The notes under the pieces were generated by a model. The model had not been told where the DNA came from. It saw nothing but the letters and a program-made list of their open reading frames with translations, and searched no databases. The position numbers and the translations under genes were made by a program. From Phyllobates terribilis (Eukaryota), in contig NW_027362765.1 in NCBI RefSeq assembly GCF_046119375.1, positions 163,308,001 through 163,372,000 of the forward strand: a stretch of 64,000 bases of DNA, given 5' to 3'. This document shows, piece by piece, positions 38,401 through 49,744 of this stretch (positions are counted from its first letter, which is position 1; each line of letters begins with the position of its first letter).

Positions 38401-41400
38401 ATACCATAAACTCTTTTAGCAGCATAACAAACTTTTCAATATAAAACTTTTCCAAGTAAAACATTCTTGAGCTCTGGCCACTGTGCAACTTGTGACCAGG
38501 TAAAGGTGCAACAGTCCATTTAATCCTGAGGAAGACGTTGCAGTCTTTTTATAAAACCAGTAGGGGGCGCTTTAAGAAGCGCAACTATGTACAGGATGGC
38601 CGCTCTCAGTCCTCGGCCAGTGGGGATAAGGGAGTGGCTTCTCACAGTCCTCAGCCTGGTTAGGGATTAGGGGCACACAGGTAACAGTTCACACAGTCAA
38701 CAGTTTCACAACAGTTCTTGTACCCTGACGGGTAACTATATACAGTTCCACTTTACCGTTCACTGGTAACGGTGTCCTCCTGATGCTCCTTCCTCGTAAT
38801 CTTCAGACCCGTCCGGGCCCTCAGGGTTTTCCTCATACTGGTGGTACTGCAGCTCTTCCTCGGTTAGCCGGTTGACGTGGAGGGCGTACAATCCCTTTGC
38901 GCCCATGTGCAGCAGGCCTTGCGGCGGGGCCTGGAGAAGGCCGCTGTTGATGACGCCCGGGGTCAGAGGGTGCGACTTTGGGCCTGGGCGCGGGCTGGTG
39001 GTGGCAGTGCCCAGGGCTGGAGGGCTCGGCTGCAGGGCTTGTTGCGGGGTCTGGAGCAGATCGGTGTCTGCAGCGCCGGGGATTGGCGGCTCCAGAAGGG
39101 GGCCCTGGAGCAGGCTGACGCTGGCAGCGTCCGGGACAGGGAGACTCCTCTTACCTGCTCCCGTGACCGCTCCAGCATCACGCGTCTTCTCCTGGCCCTG
39201 GTCGGGGCCCGCGACGGCTGGGGCACTGCCGATGCTGGGCAGCTTAGTCTGCTGCCGGTCCGTCATCTTGCTCTCCGTTCCTGGTGTCCTCCTCCCCCCT
39301 GGTGGACTGTGGCCTACCTTGCGTTGATCTTCCTCCGTAGGCCGCGGCTCCGCAGTCGATCGTCGGGGTTGAGGACCTTGCATCGCGCTCCTGTGACGTC
39401 AGCGTCGCTCCCTCTCCCTTCCAGGACCTTACGCAGCGTCAGTGCATGGGGCGGAGCTTAGGATCTCGCGCGCTTTCGGCGTCCACGCCCCTCTTCTTCC
39501 CGCGCGGCGTCCCGAAGATGACGTCCGATGGCGGGAAGCGGCTGCGGATAGCGGGAAACGACCCAAGATGGCGTCCGATGGCGGGAAACGACCCAAGATG
39601 GCGTCCGATGGCGGGAAACGACTCTGGACGGCGGGAAACTTCTCCACAGGTAAGTACAAAAGTCTTTTTCAGGCACGCAATACCCGCTGGTGACGGGTTG
39701 GTTTGAATCCTGCCGACTACGCCAAAGTTGACGCGCCCCCTGGGCCTGTGCTGTGCAGGGGGATACCCGGAGCCGGATCGCTGGGGGTTGTAGTCTCAGT
39801 GTGGCGGTGACCCGGTCCGTGCCCAGGGCGGTCAAACCAGTGGCAGTCTTAAGTAATAACAATGTCCGACTACGCCACCCGTGGATTGCGGTCAGTGGGG
39901 ACCGCCGCTGCGCTGCAGACCGCTGAGGCTGATGTAGTTTGCGCAGCCGAGTATGGGATAACTCCCCACGGGAGAAGTATTGCCTCAGGGCAGCTAATGT
40001 GGATGATGGGAGTGATGGTGTGAGCGTCCCAGTAGTAATGGTGCTGGTGCGGCGATGAAACACAGAGACATGTGGTGCAGTTTAGGGTCTTTACTGATGG
40101 TATAAAGCAGACCCTCCCGGGAGTACTGGTTAGCAGTAGGGGCATGGTCAGTCTGTGAGCAAGCAGGATCTCCCCTGGCCAGGTGGAGTTGTAGGCCTCC
40201 CCGACTATCTGCACTCTTTCCTGGCTACCTTGCTCTATGCGGGTAGAAGTAGCCCACGTCCTTGAGTATACCGTGTGGTGCTCACCCGTATGGCCGGTGA
40301 CTTGGGGTCTTCCGTTAGCCTCCGCTTCACGATGGCAGTGCTGGTCCCTTACTTGTGACCGTGCCTTCGGATTTCTAAGGCCAGAGGACATGGAATCCCC
40401 TGCCGGTTGGATTCTGCTGCTGGACCTGGATGTCCCCACAACCTCGGACTCCATGTCCGGTATTAGTGTCTTCAACCAGGGCGAACTCTGCTCAGCTCCA
40501 GCCCCTGGTATTCAGTTACTGTTCCTACAGAGCTCCTGGTTCTTACTTTCCCTCTCCAGGCTCTGACTGCTCTGCTTGTTCTGCAGGCTCTGTCTCTGTC
40601 TTCACTCAGACTGAACTCTGTTCTAAGATGGTGCCCACCTTATATACCTCCTTCTAACACCCGAGCCCAGGTGACTAGCAACCAATGGGCTCCTACCTAT
40701 GCCCAGAAACCCACCCCTATCTGCTCCTACACCACTGGGTATTCCACCCCCCGCCCCACTCCAGCCAGGGACAGATGCTGTCGTGCCTGCACTTCTGTCT
40801 AGTGGGAGCACCGTTGAGCTGTCCCTCGGAAATGGGGTGTGTGTGATGCATGCAGCTTACTGAGTCCTGGTCCACACTCCATCCTTACCCGGGAGTGGAA
40901 TATCACACCTCTGGTTTGAGGTGCAATACCCCTGTAGCAGCCGAGCCCTCGGGGTGCTACAATACCAATGCATTTCTGTGCCAGACCAGTGCCTTTCTCA
41001 AGGTATAAAAACCAAGTGTGTAGATCAGGAGAGCAGACTGTCGGTCATTACATGTGTCGCACTGGTAATGGCCCCTACCATTTAAAATAAACTCTCAGGG
41101 AGATCTCTGTCCGGCCCATAGATCTTAAAAGCTCATTCACATATTATGAAAAAAGTGCATTTCTCTGGAAAAAGACATCCGATTACAGATATCAAAGTAT
41201 TATTTTATTCAACTTTTTATGACCTACAGGCCCATATAGACGGCTTAGTGAGGGTTGATCCTAGTGACAAATTCCCTTTCAGTAACACATACTGAGATGT
41301 CACCAATACAAACGGCATGAATCTGCAATATGGTACTCATATTAGACCCATGTAACACCTCTGTATGTCGTATATTATTCCGCCTTGCTTCTATTCATAC

Positions 41401-44400
41401 CATAATACAGAAGTATATAAATTGCTTTTAGTGGAGAATACAGAGACTCACAAAGGCATGCTTACATGTATGGACTCGTGCCAGTATACATGGTCTATGC
41501 ACAAATTTATCTGTGGACATCTGCTGTTATAGTTTTTGGTTGGACAACCAAATCCAATCTGTAATATATGGAGTTGATGTCAAGCTTATAGGCCAATTTA
41601 GATATTTAAAAATGCATAAATGATTATGTGAGAAAGTTTCCAAGTCCACCATGACTCTTCACTTTAAGTGGAATTACCAAGAATAAATGTATAGCAATGT
41701 TTATATCTAGACTATGACCAGATGCTATAGATCACTATGCTAGTGCAGAAATTTCTCTGACCTCTCATTTTCTCTAACAGAGTGCAGAACTGAACCGTGA
41801 AGTGTCCTCGGGAGCTGATCAACTGCAATCAGTTAGTAGTGAGCTCACTGACCTGAAACGCTCTGTACAGACCCTGGAGATTGATCTGCTGAGTCAGCTG
41901 AGCATGGTATGAGGTTTTAATACATAAAAATTAAAGTTAAAGGGGTTTTCCCACGAACGAAAGTTGATTTAAATAACTAGATCTTGTAATAATAATAACG
42001 TCCATAATTGGATGTGTTTAAATAAAATGTTCCTGTGGTGAGATAATCTTATAAATGTTCCCCTGTGTAATGGCCATGTCTTACCGTGCAGGAACATGGT
42101 CTGATCATACCACTTCTCCTGGACAGGGGAGGAAGCAAAAGAGTATACAGACAGGACAGCATAGGATCGCAGCTGATTCTTTCTGTGAGGTAAAACATTT
42201 CCCTGCCTGTTTTTAAACAATGTTTTACATCAAAGAAAGAATCATTTGCGACCCCATGCTGAAATGTCTGTATAGTCTTTTGCTTCCTCCCCTGCCCAGG
42301 AGCTGTGGAATTATCAGACCATGTTCCTGTACGGTCAGACACAGCCATTACACAGTACACAGCAGAGGGTCATTTATAAGATTATCTCAGCACAGGAACA
42401 TTTTATTTAAATACATTCAATTGTGGAACTTATTATCATTCCAAGATCTATTGATTAAAAAGAACTTTTATTTGTGGGAAAACCCCTTTAAGCAAAATGA
42501 TTAGTGATCGTCAGACCAGAGCATTGCGAACCTCCTACATCCTGCGAACCTCCTACATCCTACGACATCTCTGGCACCTCTTCTGATTAGTAGCACCCCC
42601 CCCCCGATGTCATGTGTGCATTGGGCAATAACATAATGACATTGTGAGTTTTACTTGTAAAAAGAGGCACCGGGTATGACGTGGGTAATAGGAGGTTCAC
42701 ACAGTTTTGGTCCATTGGCCATGACTACCAACATAGCCACTGGACCATGGATCCTGTGAATCTTTTTGCTCAGCTCCAATAAAAACCATAGAAGACAAAA
42801 TGTAATTGTAAATTCAATCAGTATGGCCATTGAGTCATGTTGTAAGGCACTGCTCAAGCTGAAACTTCTAACCTTCTAAACAGTATGTTCTCCTTGCAAT
42901 AGAAATCAGCCCTGGAGAACACTTTGGCAGAAACAAAAGCCACGTTTGGTTCCCAGCTTGCCCAGTTACAAGAAATGATTGATAACATAGAGTCACAGCT
43001 TGGCCAGATACGATCTGACCTAGAGCGTCAGAACTATGAGTACAAAATACTTATGGATCAGAAGACCCACTTGGAGATGGAGATCACTACCTATAAGCAG
43101 CTGCTAGATGGGAATGACATACGGTATGTAAAATTAAGATTATCTTTGATCTTTTATCTTGATGCAACATAATAAAAATAATTGGCTAATTATAAATGTT
43201 ACCTTTTATCTTCATACAGAGTTCCAGCTCAGCACAGCACAGAACATAAAGACGGTAAGTCACAATTTTTCTGAGACTTTCTGTTTTGTTAGGATAGGGT
43301 GTAACCACTACAACCATCTCTAAAGGTTACACCAATGTCTGAGTACAGTAGTCTTCAGTTTTCTGGTTATACTTCACAATGTTAGTTTGTAGTGAAAGGT
43401 TATATGAAGGGTCTCTAACCTGTGGATTGTAAAAGTATGATGCCTAGCAGATAAAAACAGTTGGCCCAACATGGTAGAAATTATTGGATTTTTTGGGTAC
43501 ATGCATATATCAGAATCCACTTGAAGAAGTGCCGCAAAAGCTCCTCATAAAATGAATATATTTTTTTCATTTTGAGAATTTTTATGGCGTTTCTTGATGC
43601 AGCTGGTAAACATTTTTGTTGGTGACGCGCCCAGGGGATGGGGATGACTCGGTACCCGGGCCTTTACCTGGTTTGGGGATGTCGCGGTGGTCAGCTCCCG
43701 GGCCCGTACCCTGGGGTCACTCTTGAAAAAGGGGATTGAAACTTGGATAAAAATAAATAAACAGTTTGTGACGTCACCTGTGGTACCTGGTAATGATTAC
43801 CAGCGCTGCTTCAGACCTCCGGGGGTGTTGGGATGGCAGCTGAGGTGTTTCTGCTCCCCACAGGTGGAGCGGGTCCCCGGGGCAGGGATGGTGTGAAGGG
43901 ATGCAGGAGAGAGGGGACCCAGCCGGGTCAGAGGAAGAACAGACACGCACACAGGGGTTTGCTTCAGTACCTTTACTGATGATGGTAGTCAGGTATGGTC
44001 CGGGGTACTTGTAGGTGGAGTGCACTTCTGGACTTGCTCCCCAGTGAGCGGGTGTAAGGCCTCCTTTCTGTATCTTCTTGTCTCTCTCCCTGGAGCTTCT
44101 GACCTGCCTGGAACAGGGTCTAGCTTCCTTGATGTTTCTCTCACCCGTCTTGCTTGGCGGCGAGGGCTTTCCCACTGGTTATCAAGATCCCTGGACACTG
44201 GGGCCTTCGTGGTACCTAGTCTTCTGAATATGCGGTATTCACGGGTGGACTGAGGGATATGAAATCCTCCTCAGTATGCCGGATTCCCTTCTGGGCATAG
44301 AGATCCCAATAGGCTCAGGCCCGGTGCCCGGCTTGCATCAGGGGACAAACCCTTTGTGGTTCCTCTGTCCCTCATGGCTCTTCTCTTCTCCTTGCCTTCT

Positions 44401-47248
44401 AGCCCACTCTAGGCTCTCACTGGCCAGACTAGCCCGCAGCTTGGGCCTAGCCTGGCTTTCAGCCGCACAGACTTCAGCTTGTCTGGTGCTGCAGCATCGT
44501 GTCACACTCACTGCTTCCCACTGACTGACTTCCTGAACTCCACCCCCCAGTATATATATACCTGACAGGGCTTCATCTAGTGGACTTGGGTGGAGGTGTC
44601 TGCATGTATTGAGGCCACTGGGGAGAATCCGTCTGTGCAATACCCAGGAGTTCTTTGACAGCCTGCAGCCGCAGGGCGTCACATTGGCGTTTTCCTAATT
44701 GTATTTTTCAGGCATCTTTAAATTGCTTTTTGTTGCGTATTTCCGACAAATTTGCCAGTGTTAGTCCATTAAGCGATTAACCCCTTCATGACATCCGCCA
44801 TACATATACGTAATGCAAGAGGTGTGTTCCCGCAAACCGCTATACATGTACAGCATGACAATTGTATTGGCTCACTCCGAGTGCTGATGCGATCAGAAGT
44901 GGGTGTCAGAGCTATATGAAAGCTGACACGTTGCGGCAATGCTCAGGATCAGTGCTAGCAATCGAGTTGTGCCGATGGTCTCCAGGATGACCCTGGGCTG
45001 AAAGATGGCTGCAAGGTCACCCAGGTATGGTGGCCTCACACGCCTCCTCCCTGTGTGCAATTACCTGATCTAATGCTGAGCAATGCAATAATAGATCAGC
45101 GATCAGGGCAGGGAAAGTTCATGTCCCATCCTGGGACAAGGTTAAAAAGTAAAAACATTTTTTTAGAAAATTGTAAAAATATATAAAAAATATATATATT
45201 AATCCAGTAAATACTGTATTTTTCAGACCATAAGACACACTTTTTTACCCCACATTTGGGAGGAAAATGGGGGTGCATCTTATAGTCCAAATACAGGCTT
45301 ACTGGGGAGTTGCGGTGGTGGTGGAACGGGATCGCAAGGAAGCAGGGTCCCTCCGTCTGGAAGCCGGCAGCTGCAGAAGCTGTGCAATGCTGTGGGCCCA
45401 GTATTGGCAGTTAGGCAGTGCTTTCCCAGCGGCCGCATGCACAGACTGGGATCTCGACTCAGTCAAGATCTCAACTGCATATGCGCTGCTTCCGGCGGCC
45501 ATCTTCCTAAAGCCATGGGTCTCAGGGAAATGGCCACGGAGATCCCATACTGCACATGGGCTGGCTTGGGTGGCCATTTTCCTGTAGACCATGGCTTCTA
45601 GAAGATGGCCACCGGAAAAGCAGTGCACCGTGCTCTGCTTCACCGCCGACACCGGGCCCACAGAATCTCAACGCTCCTGCCGCCGCCGGGTTCCTGAGGG
45701 AGGGACTCTGCTTCCTGCTATGCTGCTCCACCACCACCGCAACCCCCTGCTGCTGGGGCACTGCCTTCTCCCACCCAGGGCCCTCTGCAATGCTACACTT
45801 CTGCCAGCTTCCTGAAGGACCCAGCCTCCTGTGACCCCCGCTCCACCACCCCCCAGGTAAGAGACCTATTTGGACTATAAGACGGACTCCCATGTTATAA
45901 AAAAATATTTTTTCCCATTTTCCACCCCAAAATTGGTCAAGTGCATCTTATAGTCTGAAAAATATGGTACATATATTTATGTAAAAACAAAAATAAACAA
46001 ATAAAGTACATATAATTGGTATCGCCGCGTCCAGAACGATCTAATCTATAAAACTGTTAAACTATAACATTTTGTTGGAAAAATTAGAAACTGCTGATAA
46101 ACTTTTAACTCTTCTAACCTCCTAACAAAAAAAAATTCTGTTTCAAAAATGATGCTGATATAAACTAAATATGGGAAATGCTATTTATAAATTATTTTGT
46201 ATAGCATGACTAACTAGTTTAAGGATTTAATAGTTAAAAGTTTTCACCAAAATTCCGATGTTTTCACAAATAAATGCAAAAAATTTCAACCTAAATTTTC
46301 CACTAACAAATAAGTACAATATGTCATGAAAAAACAATCTCAGAATCACTGGGATTCATTGTTATTACCACATAGAGTGACACTGGTCAGAATTGTAAAA
46401 TTTGACCTGGTCAGGAAGGTGAAAACAGGCTTTGGGGCAAAGGGGTTAATAAAATACACAGAAGGACACCCAGATGTCTTCCGGGTTTCTTTTTAGCCTT
46501 CCGATTTGCATGCATGGGAATTATGGAGCATCTTCCAATTGGAAAATGCTGAAAAATGGTCTGCTTACTTATTTTAACTGCTTGGCGGTTTTTGAAATCT
46601 AAAGCAGATAAAAAATGCTGAAATGTCCGAATATACTGTATGGTCAGCAAGCCTTTTTACATAGAATTTAATATGTTCATTCTTTTGAGAGTTTTATAGC
46701 TGTGTTTTCAGGTGGTTTTCTGAATGTGCCTACTCTTGTTCCAAATTTGCCAGAATAAAACGTTGCATGAACATGCCTTTATTGTCTCTGAATATACATA
46801 GAACGTTTTCTAGAAGGATTTTACTATTGGCCAATGGCCTAGGCTAGGACTTGCAGTTATGAAGTTCTGAACACTTTTTGTAAATCTTTTCCATACAAAT
46901 TATAGTAAGAGTCACAGAGGACATTGGAAAGAAAAACAGCTTTTTAGGGGTACGCATGACTGCAAGTGGATAATGTAGACACAAATCTTGAACTATTCTG
47001 ATAGCCTCCTCAGTATTTATAGAAAACAGCAATATAAATGTATCAAGCAATATAAGAAAATCACATAGATTTGAGAAACCTCCCCAAAGGGCTCTAATGA
47101 TCTGGAGATGCAAAGGACTAATTTTGTAATAAGGTATGTAAAAATCGTTTTTTCGTAACCAAGAAACCTCTCTGAATGGAAGTTGGGCCAATGTGATATC
47201 ACTTACTTCTGTTTTTTCCCAGCAGAACTTCTTGAAGGCAAGTGTTAG
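34971..47248 (+). CDS. Type I (acidic) keratin, paralog B, 8 exons, 439 aa
   Basis: Exons 34971-35480, 35553-35635, 35820-35976, 36055-36216, 41781-41906, 42903-43123, 43220-43254, 47223-47248 join in frame (1320 nt) with GT-AG introns. Motifs [20 protein letters not shown] and [13 protein letters not shown]. Confidence 0.92.
35553..35635 (+). CDS. Keratin B exon 2
   Basis: 83 nt, [27 protein letters not shown]. Confidence 0.92.
35820..35976 (+). CDS. Keratin B exon 3
   Basis: 157 nt, [15 protein letters not shown]...LKSNHEE. Confidence 0.92.
36055..36216 (+). CDS. Keratin B exon 4
   Basis: 162 nt, [25 protein letters not shown]... Confidence 0.93.
36298..36672. mobile_element. PIF/Harbinger-type MITE
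   Basis: TTA TSD; TIR ggctatgttcaca / tgtgaacttagtc. Confidence 0.7.
39515..39639. repeat. 30-bp tandem repeat in the retroelement leader
   Basis: gatggcgggaaacgacccaagatggcgtcc, about 4 degenerate copies. Confidence 0.85.
39700..39724 (-). promoter_or_regulatory. Primer-binding site, tRNA-Ser
   Basis: + strand GGTTTGAATCCTGCCGACTACGCCA matches the vertebrate tRNA-Ser 3' end GGTTCGAATCCTGCCGACTACG-CCA at 24/25. Confidence 0.88.
41781..41906 (+). CDS. Keratin B exon 5
   Basis: 126 nt, [17 protein letters not shown]...LSQLSM. Confidence 0.93.
41941..42487. mobile_element. T2/Kolobok-type foldback MITE
   Basis: TTAA TSD; TIR aggggttttcccac / gtgggaaaacccct; imperfectly palindromic along its length. 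Confidence 0.88.
42903..43123 (+). CDS. Keratin B exon 6
   Basis: 221 nt, [12 protein letters not shown]...[14 protein letters not shown]. Confidence 0.93.
43220..43254 (+). CDS. Keratin B exon 7
   Basis: 35 nt, [11 protein letters not shown]; acag|...|gtaagt. Confidence 0.82.
43623..44683 (-). mobile_element. Solo LTR, Gypsy-type, 4-bp TSD
   Basis: TGACG...GTCACA; TTGG TSD (43619-43622, 44684-44687). Confidence 0.87.
44781..46445. mobile_element. piggyBac-type non-autonomous element
   Basis: TTAA TSD; termini cccctt / aagggg. Confidence 0.72.
45214..45967. mobile_element. pogo/Tigger-like MITE nested in the piggyBac derivative
   Basis: TA TSD; TIR ctgtatttttcagaccataaga / tcttatagtctgaaaaatatgg; internal inverted similarity. 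Confidence 0.72.
47223..47248 (+). CDS. Keratin B exon 8
   Basis: Acceptor ttttttcccag; AELLEGKC-stop. Confidence 0.75.
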
Positions 47249-47603
47249 TCATTTATGGATGAACATGAAGACCAAAAAACAAAACTCCACAGCACCAATA
47301 CATTAGATTCTGTTGTATTTATCTGATGGATCTGTTTTTCTTTAGATACTTATTTCTAGTTTAATGAATGTTTCAAAGAAAGTTATACAACCCGATGGCC
47401 TCATTTTACTGAGAACAGATGACAAACAGCAGAGACACAGTGGGCCTTTCCTTAACCCTTGGCAAAGACTCGTCTGTATACCTATTTGCAAATACCTTGG
47501 CTAAAGCAGAGTGGCTTGTTGATGACCCCTTTAACCCTGCTCTCCAGCCCCACTACTACTGTCCATGCCTAATAGTAGTATTAAAATGATGTTATAAGAT
47601 TAA

Positions 47604-47979
47604 GGGTATGTGCCCACGTAGCGTTTTACAAGCGTATATGCTGCGGAATTTCCGCAGCGTAAACGCTTGTGAAACGCTTGTTAATCCGTCCCCCATGGTC
47701 CCCAATGAGAATCCGCAATTTCAATGCCCATGCTGCGGATTTTTCCGCAGCGTTTTTGATGAACTCAAAAATCCGCAGCATGTCCATTAATTTTGCGTTT
47801 ACGCATGCGGAATTGCCTTGTCAATGCAATAAAAAACGCAAGGCAATTCCGCATGTCCCAAACGCTTCTAAAACGCGCGAAAAACGCTTGCCAAATTCCG
47901 CAAGCGTTTTTCCGGGAGAGGACATGCGGAAATGAAGCAGAAATTTTCTGCTTCATTTCTGCAACGTGGGCACATAGCC
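47604..47979. mobile_element. PIF/Harbinger-type MITE
   Basis: TAA TSD; TIR gggtatgtgcccacg / cgtgggcacatagcc; reverse-oriented relative of 21226-21612. Confidence 0.88.
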
Positions 47980-48959
47980 TAAGGTATCGTGCATACAACT
48001 GTTTTCCCTACATTTGAGAAAAGTAGTCTGATTATTCTGATCAGAGTTTCATTAGAGTTTAATTAGAGTTTGATCAGAGTGGCATCTGTTTTTCTCAGAG
48101 GTGGAGAAGGAAAAAAGAAAATATTTCTCAACCCTCTCCATTATATCAGTCCATAAAAAACACTGAGTGCGGTCCGATGTTTTTCACGGACCTATAGACT
48201 TGCATTGTCGATTTTGATCTGACATTCAGATCAAAATTGGACATGCCTTCAATATCATGGGTGCGATATAATCGGTTGTGTGAACGAGCCCTAAGAGGAG
48301 CGTTAGTCACCTAAGCACCCAACACACAGTAGATTGATGCCATAACTTACGGTGTGCAATGGAAGCTTCATGATTCTCTTTTAAATATCCTAGCCTCTCT
48401 AAGACGTAGCTGTACGAAATTGTCACATTACTGTCTTGTATGCCATGAAAGCTCATTGACTATATAATTATATTCATCTACACTCAAGAAGAACCTCAGA
48501 TTTCTCATTGAGGTGGTCCTCTATTCTCAACCATTGAAACTCTGCAACACGATCACTGCCTACAATTAGCCATTTATAACACTTGCATCTTCTTAAGTTG
48601 TAGAAGGACGTTTGGGCCTACTTTGGCATGCAGGCCTAGATTTCACTGCTACTTATGTATCCCAATTATCCCTGATTTGCCAGGATTATTGCATCAGAGC
48701 TTAATATTTAATACAATTGATTAGTAAGGATGTAGTAAGTACAGGTTGTTTTATTTTTTTACCCAATTTTTTTATGAACTTGTAAAGCTTCATTAACTAT
48801 ATGTCTAAATGTATAAAATGTATTTGTTGGATTTGGACTGAATGTTCTTTGCATTTTTTTTCATCTTTTTATCATTTTCTATTTACTTCTGTTTTCCCTA
48901 ATAAAATCTTTCATAAATTTCACATCAGAGGTGTCATCATTTATTTATTATTTTCGCAT

Positions 48960-49720
48960 TCACATTCCTTTCTGACGTGAGATGTATCCATACGTCCCTG
49001 TGGCCTGGTACTTATTGACCGGGGACGTATGGATATGTCTCAGCAATTTGTGCCCACGCGATCGCCGCTGGGTGTCAGCTGATTCTGACAGCAGATACCT
49101 GGCAGTTTAACCCGCTAAATGCTGCGATTGCAGCATTTAGCGTGTGGGCAGAAGGAAGAAAGCCCCTCTGCCTTTGCGTCGGAGTCCCGCAACGTCATTG
49201 CGGGGTCCTGATCGTTGCCATGGTGATCCGATCAAGACGACTTCCAGGTCACCGGAGCTAGTAAACTTAGTAGATCATGCGCAGTGCAAAAAAAATTGTA
49301 AAAATATTTTTTTTAAAATCATAAAATAATAATAAAAAAATTAAAATATATTGTACCCATAAATAAATATTTCTATGAAAAAAAAAAAAAAAGTACACAT
49401 ATTTGGTATCACCACATCCGGTATGACCTAACCTATATAAATTATAAAACTGTCCCACCTGCTATAAATCTGGTATCGCCGTAATCGCACCAACCCTAAG
49501 AATAAAGTCGCCTAATCAATTATACTGCACAAGAAACGGCATAAAAAAATAAATAAAACCAATTCTTCACCTGCTGTTGATTTGTTCATTCTGCCTCCCA
49601 AAGATCGCAGTATTGCTCGGCGCACATTTATTCTGCGCTCTGCGCTGAGCGCTTACACCGGGTTTCCGTATAAGTCTCTGAAATACGTGATTCAGACAGA
49701 ACCCCAGGCGGAAGATTCCC
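48960..49720. mobile_element. Truncated piggyBac-type non-autonomous fragment
   Basis: Shares blocks with 44781-46445 (gtcagctgattctgacagc-like, aagtacacatatttggtatc-like); termini not intact. Confidence 0.4.
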
Positions 49721-49744
49721 TATAATGAGACAGATGGAGATGGC

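Larger units (their letters stand above)
36973..40961 (-). mobile_element. Non-autonomous LTR retrotransposon (Gypsy-type), two ~1.23 kb LTRs, 1.5 kb internal region
   Basis: ATAC TSD; LTRs 36973-38201 and 39729-40961; PBS complementary to tRNA-Ser at 39700-39724; PPT (ttcccccct on +) at 38202-38210; no RT, RH or IN motifs. Confidence 0.95.

Noticed and set aside
39515-39639. CRISPR-like array (also considered 12330-12460 and 50480-51120)
   Set aside because: Tandem units without unique spacers, eukaryotic context, no cas genes
39700-39724. tRNA-Ser gene
   Set aside because: Only the 3' 25 nt including encoded CCA are present, next to an LTR: a primer-binding site, not a tRNA gene
36960-40811. 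Duplicated ORF sets suggesting a duplicated gene
   Set aside because: They are the two LTR copies read in various frames; no conserved domain
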